64,000 bases of DNA, from NCBI RefSeq assembly GCF_001194135.2, contig NC_068991.1, positions 1,671,950 through 1,735,949 on the forward strand, written 5' to 3'. The translations under genes were made by a program, and so were the position numbers. This DNA comes from Octopus bimaculoides. Its lineage: Eukaryota. Numbering within the stretch: position 1 is the first letter of the stretch; every line of letters begins with the position of its first letter. This document shows positions 12,691 to 25,019 of this stretch, in pieces. The notes below the pieces were generated by a model. The model was not told the DNA's origin. It did no database searches and saw only the letters and a list, made by a program, of their open reading frames with translations.

Positions 12691-14389
12691 AGGTGACTCG
12701 TGTCCTGGAGTATATTCATATTTATAAACATGAGCGCTGACACAATTACGCCAGGGTATTATAATGATGTTTGCATTCAAGTGAATGGCTGTAGTTTAAC
12801 TTGTTTTAAGGAAAATGGAAGGTTCTCCGAATCAAACTGAATGATTGATTGACAGTGCAAATCTATTAATTATCAATAAATCTATAAAATTATCAACTGT
12901 TCACAGCTTAATCCGTAGCAGGCTTCAGTTTTGCAAAGGATAACCTTAAATAAAGCTCAAAAGGATACATAAATGCGTACATACGTACATATTATTATCA
13001 TTATTATTCAGGTCACTGCCTGGAATCGAACCCGGAATCTTGGGGTTAATAATAATAATAATAATAACAACAACAACATCGAAAAATACCTTAAGAATGA
13101 GAACCCATTGCAACACTTCCTACCATTGCAACACTTCTCACCTCCTGAACAAGACGCTTGTCCCTCGCATGGTTAACTTCCCAGGTTTTGTTGGAACAAA
13201 AACAACTGGCTCAACGTGAAAAGAAATGTTCTACTCAAAAATAAAACGCACTGCGCAATCTGTGAATCGAAACCGCAATCCTACGGTCGAGAGTGCAGCG
13301 CTCTAACCACCAGGCCACGCACCTTCACGTTGCCGTTCTACACAATCCTAAAAGTTAAAAAAAAAATAGTCGCAACTGAAATAATTTTTACCATCGACCC
13401 CCTCCACCACTGTTGATCTAGAACTGTACAACAACAACAACAACAGTCGACTTTTCTAAATTTTATTCACTGTTTTATGTTTAACAACGGAAACCATTTC
13501 CCGCTTCCTATGTTTGAAGTTTTGTTTTTTGGGTTTTTTTCCTCTCAGTTTCATTAAATATTGATCCCTATCGAAGGCAGAAGGCCACATATTTAATGTG
13601 ATCATTGGTGTAATCGATACATTTACTGCACATACCACATTTGTGATTTGTACTTCATTCCTGATTTCCATGAATATTTCTATGGAAAACCATTTAGTTC
13701 GGTGCTTCTCCATATTCCATCGGTTCCAAGGCTGAGGCAAGGTTTACATTATTAACACCTCGACGTACATTGGCCCTGTGCCAAGCGTTATACAATATAA
13801 CGACGTCCCATGTTAGTAATTCTTTGAGAAATATTTCATTAAAAGATTCTTCGAACGATCCAAAGACCTTTTTTTTTTTTTTTAATTACACATTTTTGCC
13901 TTTCTTTTGCAATATTCAATTTTCTTATGGATCGCTTCAGGTCTTTAATTTAGGGCACGTGTGTAAACAAGGGCCACTTCCTCGCAATAACCATCGCAGC
14001 GGAAGAATTTTTTATTCGTAAATACTTTCGTAAAACGTTAATGTAGATTGATAGAGACGTGCACACAGACACACGCACGAACACGCACGAACACACACAG
14101 ATACAGTAACACACACAAGAGAAGTCCTGAACGCAAGGAGCGATNNNNNNNNNNNNNNNNNNNNNNNNNNNNNNNNNNNNNNNNNNNNNNNNNNNNNNNN
14201 NNNNNNNNNNNNNNNNNNNNNNNNNNNNNNNNNNNNNNNNNNNNNNNNNNNNNNNNNNNNNNNNNNNNNNNNNNNNNNNNNNNNNNNNNNNNNNNNNNNN
14301 NNNNNNNNNNNNNNNNNNNNNNNNNNNNNNNNNNNNNNNNNNNNNNNNNNNNNNNNNNNNNNNNNNNNNNNNNNNNNNNNNNNNNNNNN

Positions 14390-14570
14390 CCTTTAGTCGA
14401 GCAAATCGACCCCAGGACTTATCCTTTGTAAGCCTAGTACTTATTCTATCGATGTCTTTTGCCGAACCGCTAAGTTACGGGGAAGTAAACACACCAGCAT
14501 CGATTGTCAAGCGATATTGGGGGATAAACACAGACACACAAACATATACACAAGCATACATATATATATA
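14390..14570 (-). mobile_element. SINE family B, 3' half
   Basis: ctttagtcgagcaaatcgaccccaggacttat...gccgaaccgctaagttacgggga.gtaaacacaccagc, shared with 26225-26372, 41255-41420 and 58805-58920. Confidence 0.8.
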
Positions 14571-15049
14571 TATATACATCATTTCTTAAGACATAACTCA
14601 CTACCTTCAACATAAAATTGTCAGGTTAAAATTCATAACAGACCCCACACCACCATCTGTAATCCATAATCATAATCCACATGACAAACCTCTAAATGTA
14701 CAACACATTATCTACACCTTGACCAGCAATCCTGATCCCAAATCCAAAATCGACCACCCACGACCATCGACATCGTACAACACTGAATCCCTTATCCACA
14801 GAAATCGAATCCAACAAATTTCGTTCAAAATCGACAAAGAAAACCACTCTACATAATCCACTCTACAAAACTCAACAAGCTTTAATCCGATTTACGTAAG
14901 CCATTAGCAATGCTGGATTTGTAAGTGGAGTACTCGCTGACAGTTAAGCAGAACATTTTGTCGCTCGTAAGATTAATAAAAGGCTACTCGGTCCCAACTT
15001 GTTCAGCTGATCGTCGCTCTTCTCTGCCCGGCAATAAAATGCTGGCATT

Positions 15050-15350
15050 CCGTCGAGGACGACGACGAGTATTCCAGTTGATGAAATCAGCGGAACAACC
15101 TGCACGTGAAATTAACATGCAAGTGGCTGAGTACTTCACAAACACAAATACCTTTCACATAGTTCCTAAGGAGATTCAGCGTGACACAGAATGCGACCAA
15201 GTCGGCCCTTTGGATTACACTTCCAACTCATTTTTGCCAACTGAGTGGACTGGTGCAACGGGAAATAAAGTGTCTTGCTCAAGGACACAACGCTCTGCTG
15301 GAAATGGAACTCACATCTTTACAATCGTGAGCCACGCACCTTCACTGTCC
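15050..15350 (-). mobile_element. Older SINE with ttgtgtccttgagcaagacacttt...ccagtccactcag core
   Basis: Minus strand: tRNA-like head, then gttgtgtccttgagcaagacactttatttcccgttgcaccagtccactcagttggc; related core at 43760-44005 (+). Confidence 0.6.
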
Positions 15351-16227
15351 ACTAATATAAAGAAAAAGATTTCATCTCACTCCATATGTGGTGCTTATTG
15401 AAATCTATAGATATATTCTGAAGTAGAACACACCATCGTAACAGAACAATATTAATGGAACAGAGAACAAAGCAAGCAAATATATTTTGACAGTTTATTT
15501 CATGGTTTCTATTGTGGTGATGATGATGATGATGATGATGATGATAAGGAGGAGGAGGAGGAGGAGGAGGAGGAGGGGAGAAGCAGGTGGTGGTGGTGGT
15601 GGTGATGGTGATGTTGCTGTTTAATATCAATTGCATCCTCATGAACACTGCTACATCACATGTCTGTATGTATCTAATTCTTCCATGAGTCCTTGTAAAA
15701 AACGCCGACTATTCGTAAGGTATTTGGCAGCTATTTCGAGCAAGTTGACTGACCACATAAAGCCTCTTTTCCCATTGTTGCTTCAACTTTAGCTGACCAG
15801 TGACCACATCTATCGATTACCATCGGTCGTTGCCACTGACAACGACTGTTTACAATTATATGACCCAGCTCTCACGTGCTTATCAAATGATAACACTAAG
15901 AGACAAGATACAACTTTGATAATTTATGCCGTGTTTATGCCGAATACAACCCAAACATATCTCTTCCTCTCCCTCTCCCATCTCTCCCTCCCTCCTTCCT
16001 TCCTCTCTTCTCTTCTCTCTAATTTATCCGCTGACTATATCTTTCTGACTCGTTTTATATATATATGTATATATGTATATATATATATANNNNNNNNNNN
16101 NNNNNNNNNNNNNNNNNNNNNNNNNNNNNNNNNNNNNNNNNNNNNNNNNNNNNNNNNNNNNNNNNNNNNNNNNNNNNNNNNNNNNNNNNNNAAAAAACAT
16201 ATATATTATATGTGCATATGTATATAC

Positions 16228-16267
<40 letters not shown>

Positions 16268-17127
16268 CCCATATATACAACAATATATAAATAGAATAGT
16301 ACAGAATCTCAGATATTCTTATCCTCCTCTATCTCTCTCAAAGATCTCTCTCTCTCACACACACACGCGCGCGCGCAACACACAATCTTTCTATTTATCA
16401 AATTATTGTATATACACAATAGTAAATTAAGATATCTTTTACCATATCTATAGTCTTCTCGCCTTCTCTCTTTTTCTCCATGTCCCGTCTCTCTTTCACC
16501 CTCTCTCTATCTTTCCCCCTCTATCCAGCTCTTCTATCTCTCTCATACACACATGCATACACACACACACATACACACACACGGACTCTCTCTCTCACAC
16601 ACACACACATACACACATTGTCTCTAGGAACTTGGTGTAAACGAACGAAAGAAAAAGCAACCGCTACATATTTTTGTAGAGCGCCATTATTAAATCTTTG
16701 AGAGTGATGCAATTTACGCCTCGTCTCAGCTTTGCTACGTCTTATAAGGAACGTGCAGCAAATCACATCACGACTTATAGCCAACAGCAACGAGATGTGG
16801 CGTTAGTGAGATCAGCCGAATAAGCTTTAGGAGAACACTTTTACACTACACACACACACATACANNNNNNNNNNNNNNNNNNNNNNNNNNNNNNNNNNNN
16901 NNNNNNNNNNNNNNNNNNNNNNNNNNNNNNNNNNNNNNNNNNNNNNNNNNNNNNNNNNNNNNNNNNNNNNNNNNNNNNNNNNNNNNNNNNNNNNNNNNNN
17001 NNNNNNNNNNNNNNNNNNNNNNNNNNNNNNNNNNNNNNNNNNNNNNNNNNNNNNNNNNNNNNNNNNNNNNNNNNNNNNNNNNNNNNNNNNNNNNNNNNNN
17101 NNNNNNNNNNNNNNNNNNNNNNNNNNN

Positions 17128-17444
17128 GAATTAGCTCCAAGAAGCCATCGCCTCTAGCTAGCTATGTGACACACGAAACCTGTGTCCTTTATAACCTTCG
17201 AACAGGGGAGGTCAGCAGTGTCCCCCTGCTGGTTTGGCATCTGCAGACTAGTTTCAGGGTGTTGCCCCTTGTCAATGCAGAGCAGCCAAGCCCTAGCCAG
17301 GCGGCGCTGCTGACTATCTGCTCGAAGGTTATTTATCTAATTTCAGTGTGCCACATAGCTAGCTAGAGGCGATGGCTTCTTGGAGCTAATTCACGGCAGC
17401 TTTCGTCCTAATTTTGGGACTGCCATGTTGGCTTGGCGATAACT
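17128..17444. mobile_element. Fold-back MITE-like element (long imperfect palindrome)
   Basis: 17128-17168 (gaattagctccaagaagccatcgcctctagctagctatgtg) is the perfect inverted repeat of 17352-17392, and the interior is also self-complementary with mismatches. The right arm continues to ...ttggcgataact and then (AT)n. The left end is hidden in an N-gap. Confidence 0.8.
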
Positions 17445-18009
17445 ATATATATATATGCATATATATATGGGAGTGGTCGAGTATAAACTATAACATAGAT
17501 GTGTTGCGAATCACTACAGCTGTTTCTGGCGTGTTCTTTATTGATGAACAAACCCGTTACATCATGTAAACAAAACAACAAAAACATTATCTTCATGTGA
17601 ATAAAGAGTCAAATAGGATCAAAACATAACAAAACGAGACGGTCTCATCTGTTTATAAAATACTGTTTTGCGAAATACTATTTTTTAATGCTTCATAATT
17701 CGGTCTAAAGTGGGCCTTATTCATAGGCTGATTATAAGGGAAACACAAATATGTAAAGCTTGAAAATTGTGAACATTTTGAAAAATAATATCGATCTTGC
17801 AGCGCACATAGATATAGAGTTTGTATGACGTAGGTGATGACGTCTTTCCTCGGTCAGATGGCGCGTAGAGATTAGAATGGAAATGCTATCAGCTTACAGT
17901 AAGTAAACCACGTTTTAGATTCACGATCTGAAGCTAATCAGATATCAAATACAAACGATGGAGCTTCCCTGTGCTCGCTTGGTCCAAATATTCTATCTTT
18001 TACTAGTTT

Positions 18010-18130
18010 CTGTCATTGGACGTCGGCCATGCTGGAGCACCGCCCTGAATGGTTTAGTAAAAAAAAACGAACCCACAGCTTATGTTCTAAGCCGGTAGTC
18101 AAGCGGTGGTGGAAAACAAACGGGACACAC
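18010..18130 (-). mobile_element. SINE family B fragment (3' tail plus deleted body)
   Basis: cggccatgctggagcaccgcc...gtcaagcggtggtgg. Confidence 0.65.
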
Positions 18131-18174
18131 ACACACGCACGCACACCATACACACACACATATATATATATATT

Positions 18175-18206
<32 letters not shown>

Positions 18207-18272
18207 GTATATGATATATGCATATATATATATACACACACATACATATATTATATATGCATATATATATGC

Positions 18273-18303
<31 letters not shown>

Positions 18304-18794
18304 TACATATATTATATATGCATATATATATGCATATATATATATATACACACACACATACATATATTATATATATGCATATATATATATATATATGCAT
18401 ATATATATANNNNNNNNNNATATATATATGCATATATGGGTACAGGACGTCACCAACAGTAAACAACACGAAATATGAAAACAAATGAGTTCAATACGCA
18501 AATAACGAGAGAGAAAAAAAGGACAAGTGATACAAAGAATGACCCTTCATCAGTTGTCGGCTGTCTATCTTCTCCCCATTTCGAACAATCAACGACCATA
18601 TGAGTCTCCGAAGACAGTTACTGACATAACTACCAAAATAAAATTTGTTGAATAGCTGTTATTATTATATGACCCACAGACAGACAGACAGACAGACGGA
18701 CGGGCCAACGGACGGAGACGGACAGACAGACGGACGGGCCAACGGACGGAGACGGACAGACAGACAGACAGAGAGACAGATAGACGGATAGACG

Positions 18795-18848
<54 letters not shown>

Positions 18849-19249
18849 CAGACATGTTAGTGTTAGCGTGTTTAATGTGAGAAAGAGAAACGTTAAGGAG
18901 AAATAATAATGAGGTGAGATAGAGGAAAACTGAGAGGTCAGTGCTGATATATTTGATGCGGAGAGCATTTATAAGATAACAAGATATAATTAGGTTCAGA
19001 GACAAGCTAATAGATAGACAAATGTGTGTGTTAGTATTAATATATTTGACATAGGCAGCATTAATTGTTAACTTAGCAATAAATGTTAAGACGGACAGGA
19101 AGACAGAAAGACAAACAGAGAGGTAGAGAAATATATTGGTAGTTTAGTGCTAATAGTTAATGTTGGCAGAGTTCTTAGATTAATTGCAAATATTTATGCA
19201 TTGAGGAAGAAAAACAATCATCAATGCTTATAATATTTATCTATTTTTT

Positions 19250-19590
19250 CATTGACGGGGAGACAACTTCGAACATATTCCCGTCTTATGGTGTCTTCAG
19301 TGGTAACAGAGTTTACCGTCTTGCGAGCGTAGCGACAGATGCATTCTTTGGCCAATATACAAGAACTCTAACTCTGGTTGTGTCCGTGAGTTGTAGTCAA
19401 AGAGTTGGCGGAAAGAGGGCGATGATAAGATCGTTCCTTGTTTGACACCTGTACAAGTTTGTAGAATGGTTGCTGGAGGAGAATGGAATTGGTTACAGAA
19501 CAAACTACTCAAAGAGTGTTAAAATATATTTCTATCGACCACACTAAGTGATGCTAAGCCGTTCTAATTTCCACAAAGAATTCTATTGAT
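19250..19590 (-). mobile_element. Degraded non-LTR reverse transcriptase fragment
   Basis: Minus-strand TCTGVKQGTILSSPSF resembles the RT motif GVKQG.ILSP.LF; flanking motifs are decayed. Confidence 0.5.
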
Positions 19591-19868
19591 TATATGATGT
19601 ATTTCCACAACGATTTTCATCGATTATATTACATATAACCACCTTCCCTTCTTTCATTTCTTTCTTAGTTTATTTTTTATTGTTTTACTCGTTGTTGTTG
19701 TTGTTGTTGTTGTTGCTATGTTTGTTACCTTCTCAATTTCTTTTCTTCTATTCCTCTTAAATAATTACATTTATTAATAACCGCATTTGTGCTTACCTAT
19801 CTCTCTGCCTCCCTATCAATCTATCTACCTATCCATTTATCTCTCTCGAATCACGCACATATACAATG

Positions 19869-19929
<61 letters not shown>

Positions 19930-20168
19930 NNNNNNNNNNNNNNNNNNNNNNNNNNNNNNNNNNNNNNNNNNNNNNNNNNNNNNNNNNNNNNNNNNNNNNN
20001 NNNNNNNNNNNNNNNNNNNNNNNNNNNNNNNNNNNNNNNNNNNNNNNNNNNNNNNNNNNNNNNNNNNNNNNNNNNNNNNNNNNNNNNNNNNNNNNNNNNN
20101 NNNNNNNNNNNNNNNNNNNNNNNNNNNNNNNNNNNNNNNNNNNNNNNNNNNNNNNNNNNNNNNNNNNN

Positions 20169-20215
<47 letters not shown>

Positions 20216-22085
20216 CACACACACATGGTGGCACACACACACACACACACACACACATCTATCTACATCTGACCGGCTGACTGTCTACTCGTTTTCTTTG
20301 CTCTTATTCCCCATATAAATTCATTCACTTTATTCATTTTTATGTAACACAGAAACGGTTCATTTGCTGAAAGCTTTCACCGCCTCACAGTCCGCACACT
20401 CCATCACCCACCACCACCACCACAGTACTTTTAAGCCACCAAGGCCTCAACCATCCAACCATCCAACCATCCAACCACTCCCTTCAAGCCAATTCTAGCC
20501 AATGCTTCCACATGCTTCTCTGAACACATGCTTATCAAACAACACTCAACTCCTGATCTCTAATGCTGCATCCCTACTTTATGCGGCTGACATACCTTTC
20601 AATCAAATTTCACGCCACTACGGGGCAGTAGCAGCAGCAGCAGTAATAGTAGTAGTAGTAGTAGTCCACAAGTAATCCTCAAATCACGTCAACTTTATCG
20701 ATAATAGTAATGCCTCTCATTACTTCTCTCTCTCTCTCTCTCACATGTATATNNNNNNNNNNNNNNNNNNNNNNNNNNNNNNNNNNNNNNNNNNNNNNNN
20801 NNNNNNNNNNNNNNNNNNNNNNNNNNNNNNNNATATATATATATATATATATATATATACACGTGTGCGTGTTTGACGTGTATGCATCTATTTATGTGAT
20901 ATGTGTGTGCGTATATGTACATGCAAACATATAATATATATATATATATATATAAAGTGCGTGTATACATGCATATAAGTACACACATATACACAGTTAC
21001 ATATAGACTTATATGCATACATAACTATACATACATACATACATACATACACACATACACACAGGTACTGAATCAGCAGAATCGGTTGAGCATCCACCAA
21101 TTGATGTAACTCATTGGTTCCGGCTCCCTGCGTCCAAAACTCACGTTCGCTAAAATTCCATTTCATTCTTTCGGTTCAATAAATAAGGTACAAATGAGTA
21201 AAGTACCAGCGATAGATAAAGTACCCGTGCACTGACTGTAAATGTTGCAATGCCGGGCATGATGCCGTGCCGTCTCTGTTCCGGTTCTTTTATGGTCTGA
21301 ATTGCAATTCCAATTTAAGAGTCAGTTGTCACGTCTGGCCCAATTTGAGAGTCGATTGTCACGTGATTGCAATTGATTATACAGACAGACTGTTAATTGT
21401 AGAGAAATACGTTTATCGTCTGCATCTATAGTCAAACACTGTATAAATGCATACCTACACACACACACACACGTATATATATATATACAAAACAGAAAAG
21501 AGCATAACTAGGTACTGCATACATTTCATGTATTGTAACCCAGGATTGTCACTTCTACACAACGTACAGAACGTAGCTTTAGAAGGCAGCACACACACAC
21601 ACACACACTTTGGGCCTCTTTCAAATTGACAGAAAGCAAAAGCCCAATCGTGACACTGCACCTATGTGCACCTTAGGTATATACCCAAGGTGCACATAGC
21701 TGTCCTCAGCTGTGCAGTAGAAGTACGAAGTGGAGAAAGAATGAAGTATGGAATGGGAAAAAAATAAAAGAAATTCGAAAAAGACAAAAAACCGGTCAGA
21801 ATAAGTAAGAAAGAATGACAAGAATATTTGAAAGAGAAAAAGGAAGAAAGAGAGAAAGAATTACGAAAGGTAATGCAGAAAGCTAGAAAGAAAGAGGGAA
21901 AGAAAAACGAAGGAAACATTTAATGGGGGAAAGAAAGACAAGAGACCCACAAAACATTTGGTTTCTTTCTATTTCCAACCTAGTTTCTATTTATTTATTT
22001 ATTTTCGCTAATCTGGTCCAGTCATTGAGATAGATTCAGATAAAGCACTTCACTGCTTCACTACATAAGCAACTCATCTCTTTAC

Positions 22086-22206
22086 CTTTCATATTTTCCA
22101 ACTCTTTCCTTGCTTCGTTCGCCTTAATGCCGATTGCCACGTTTGCTGATATATTCTCTGCTCGCTTCCCGTCGAAACTTTTACTTGCATAAACAGACGA
22201 TGACTG
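22086..22206 (-). CDS. Candidate internal exon (121 nt), QSSSVYASKSFDGKRAENISANVAIGIKANEARKELENMK; product unknown
   Basis: Acceptor cctctcctttccatccttaccag, donor AAG|gtaaag, only one open frame; no homology recognised. Confidence 0.3.
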
Positions 22207-23249
22207 CTGGTAAGGATGGAAAGGAGAGGTGGGAGGTAAGTATGAAACGGGGGGTGGGGGAGAGGAAAGAATGAAGGAAGGAAGGAAAAAAGTAAGGTTG
22301 CGGGAAGTGAGGGTGGATAGAAAAACAAAATCGATGAAATCCTCAAATCGATAAACCTATCTATGGTTACGATTTCGTCGATCTAATCCAAATATACTGT
22401 TGCTGTTGTTGTTGCTGTTATTCTTCTTCTTCTTCTTCTTCTTATTATTATTATTATTATTACAATATTTTAATATTATTCTTACCAATGGAAAAAATCT
22501 ATAGATGGCGATGGGCAATGGTATCTGTAACACCCCTGACGAAACACCTGACCATATCTAGGCTCGTACTTTATAATTTCGGAGTTCAAATCCGGTCAAT
22601 AACCACAAGGATTTTATCTTCCTAGGATCATCAAAATAAACACTAGAGTCAATTGCTGAGATTGATATAACCGAATAGATAGGGCCTTGTGTCCTTTTGC
22701 ATTAAAAAAAAAACATATATATATATATATCATTATAGAAGGAATAACTTGCAGTATTCGTTTCGGCTCTTTTCTTTGTGAGTCACATCTCTTCAACTGC
22801 CCAATTTTTAAATAATCCAGAGGCAAACCTCTAATTGATTATTTTTCTAAGAGTAGAGGTGGGATGGTAACGTAGGCGATCTTTTTCTTTTGTACGAGAA
22901 ATAAACACTGAATTGGCAGAGGTGAGGTGCCCCTGTGAATGACCAGTTGGATGGCGCAAACCATATTTAATGTTCGTATTAAATACAGCTCCCTTATGCA
23001 CCACAACAAGCCATAATAAATTAATGTTGAGGGGAACTGACGTCAGCAGATCGCCTTGACATTACAAGATGCCCTGCCCCACCCCCCACGGTGAGTAACC
23101 AGTCACGATGAAAGGCGCTCAAATCCATTGCTTCATTTTTATATCATTTTTATATCATTTCTGGTACACATAAAATTGGTTTGCAAGCTGCATCTATTTC
23201 TAAATTTACAAAAGTATTTCGTTTTATAATTCTGATAACAAACTTTATA

Positions 23250-23990
23250 AATATCTGATGAACCATACGACATTTAAAGATAGGGAGGCAAAAACGAACT
23301 TTGAGTTGCTTGAGTAAATGAATAGCGGGATGAAGTTGTGAAAAACCGCTTCAAATTCGCAAAAGCTGCATGAGATATATTTATGTCTGATGGTCACATA
23401 TGGAGTGGTTTGCGTTGTGTTTATTGTCGTGATACAATAATTGCTGGGAGTTTTGCTAATGGAAAGAAGTTTGAAGACACTTAGAAGCAAGGCTTCCGTA
23501 AACTTGGATAACAGCTTGTGAACAGAGTACTGCACTTGCTACGTGAGATTTCGGATGATCAAGAGCGAATACAATCAAGCTGAGAGCAGATTAAAGTTAT
23601 TTATAATCCCGTTTTAGCCTTTCAGATAAATAACTATTTAATTTCAGTTCAGCATTTTAATGGCCATATGGAAAAAGATGTTGAAATTTTTGACAGCTGG
23701 TGAGGCAATAATTATGTGCTTGAATTTATAGAATGATGCAACTTCGTTGTTGAAATATACATATTTAAACAAACTGCATCTGCACATTTTCACACCTTGA
23801 CAATTGATGAAAACACTAAATTACCTGTTAATAGATATCTTGTTTTCTATTTCCAGTTCAGACGTATTGAGTGCAGTGAGTATAAAACATTTTAGTTGCA
23901 GGTTTGTGATGTCTCTTCTATCGTCACTGCTATTAAATAGTTTTTAGTAAAGAAGGCTTGATCTCCTGAAAAATTATGTTGGGGGCTAGA
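23250..23990 (+). mobile_element. Decayed hAT-superfamily transposase (ZNF862-like group)
   Basis: GLRCVYCRD...GSFANGKKFED*K...KVIYNPVLAFQIN...HMEKDVEIFDSW*GNNYVLEFIE*CNFVVE...SAHFHTLTIDENTKLPVNRYLVFYFQFR...EYKTF*LQVCDVSSIVTAIK; includes the first catalytic D (IDE.T). Confidence 0.7.
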
Positions 23991-24044
23991 TTCCCTTGTT
24001 CGAAAATATAAGGAGACAGATCGTGTCGTACAACCAGCTGGAGA

Positions 24045-24118
24045 GGATGTCTCCTGGGGCTAAATTACAGCAACACTGGTCCTAAACCGGGACTGCCATG
24101 TTTTGTTGGCAAACAATC
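24045..24118. mobile_element. Diverged copy of the terminal arm of the fold-back MITE
   Basis: ctcctggggctaaattacagcaacactggtcctaaaccgggactgccatgttttgttggc aligns by eye to 17377-17437 cttcttggagctaattcacggcagctttcgtcctaattttgggactgccatgttggcttggc. Confidence 0.55.
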
Positions 24119-24379
24119 TTTACTCCAAAGTACTTTTGCTGAATAGACTCGGACGAGTCTATGGGGAGGAAAAGCCACGAATGATTATATTTAAATTGAA
24201 TCCTTTTGACGGTGTGTGAGAGAATACCAAAGACAGGAGAGGGAAGAAATAAGTCGAATTTAGAAGCTAGAGTTGCGAATGTGCTGTGGAAAGGCCTATA
24301 ATGAATTTTGAAATTTATTTGAAAGTTTAAATTAATTAATTAGTTAATAGTGATAACAAGAATGTCTGAGGGAAGACTA

Positions 24380-24700
24380 AAGTTAAAAGAGTGTGAATGA
24401 TGGAGGTCCCTATCGGTGCATGCAGCAACTGAACGAACTGAAAGGAGTACCTGATTCAAGGATGTAAGAAACAGGTTCAGTCAACAACAGGCAATTACTC
24501 TTGGAGAATATCGTCTCTGACGCTGTGGAAGACTTCGTTAATATCAAGGAGGAGGACAAACTTTTGCTGATGTTTTTACGAGCGATAAGTTAAAGAAGCC
24601 AGAAATATGAGAGCCTTTATTTGGTAGATGTGGTTCTATGAGAACCACATCTGCCGATCATTGGAGACACAAAGTAACGAAGCTGGTCGTTGCTGTTTAA
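24380..24700 (-). mobile_element. Highly decayed CR1/L2-type RT remnant
   Basis: Minus-strand LDINEVFHSV (cf. LDISKAFDRV) and ESGTPFSS (cf. SGVPQGS); weak. Confidence 0.3.
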
Positions 24701-24942
24701 CGAATGTTATATTTTTGAGAGATGAGCTGCTGTTTTGTTTCGTTACTTAATCTACATTCCAATAAAATAACGTCTCACTTGTTGCATTCACGATCCTAAG
24801 ATCGTATTTTCGATTCCCAGACCAATCGGTGGTAGTGGTGGTGGTGGTGATGATGATGATGAGGGGATGATGAGGGGATGAGGAGGAGGATTTTATAGCA
24901 AGCGATACAGGTCAGGCATTGGGTCTTACGGTAACTCCTTAC

Positions 24943-25019
24943 CTCCCTGCCATCACCTGCCTTGGTGATCCTGAAAGGGATCCTAGTGGTTGCTCGCCGC
25001 CCTGGTCTCATCCAGTTGA
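24943..25019 (-). CDS. Candidate exon (77 nt), xNWMRPGRRATTRIPFRITKAGDGRE; product unknown
   Basis: Acceptor ttttatttgcgtctctctttag, donor GAG|gtaagg, one open frame ending in phase 0. Confidence 0.25.

Noticed and set aside
18430-18660. CTGATGA on the minus strand of a dispersed repeat as a hammerhead core
   Set aside because: No stem II/GAAA/stem III arrangement could be built around it.
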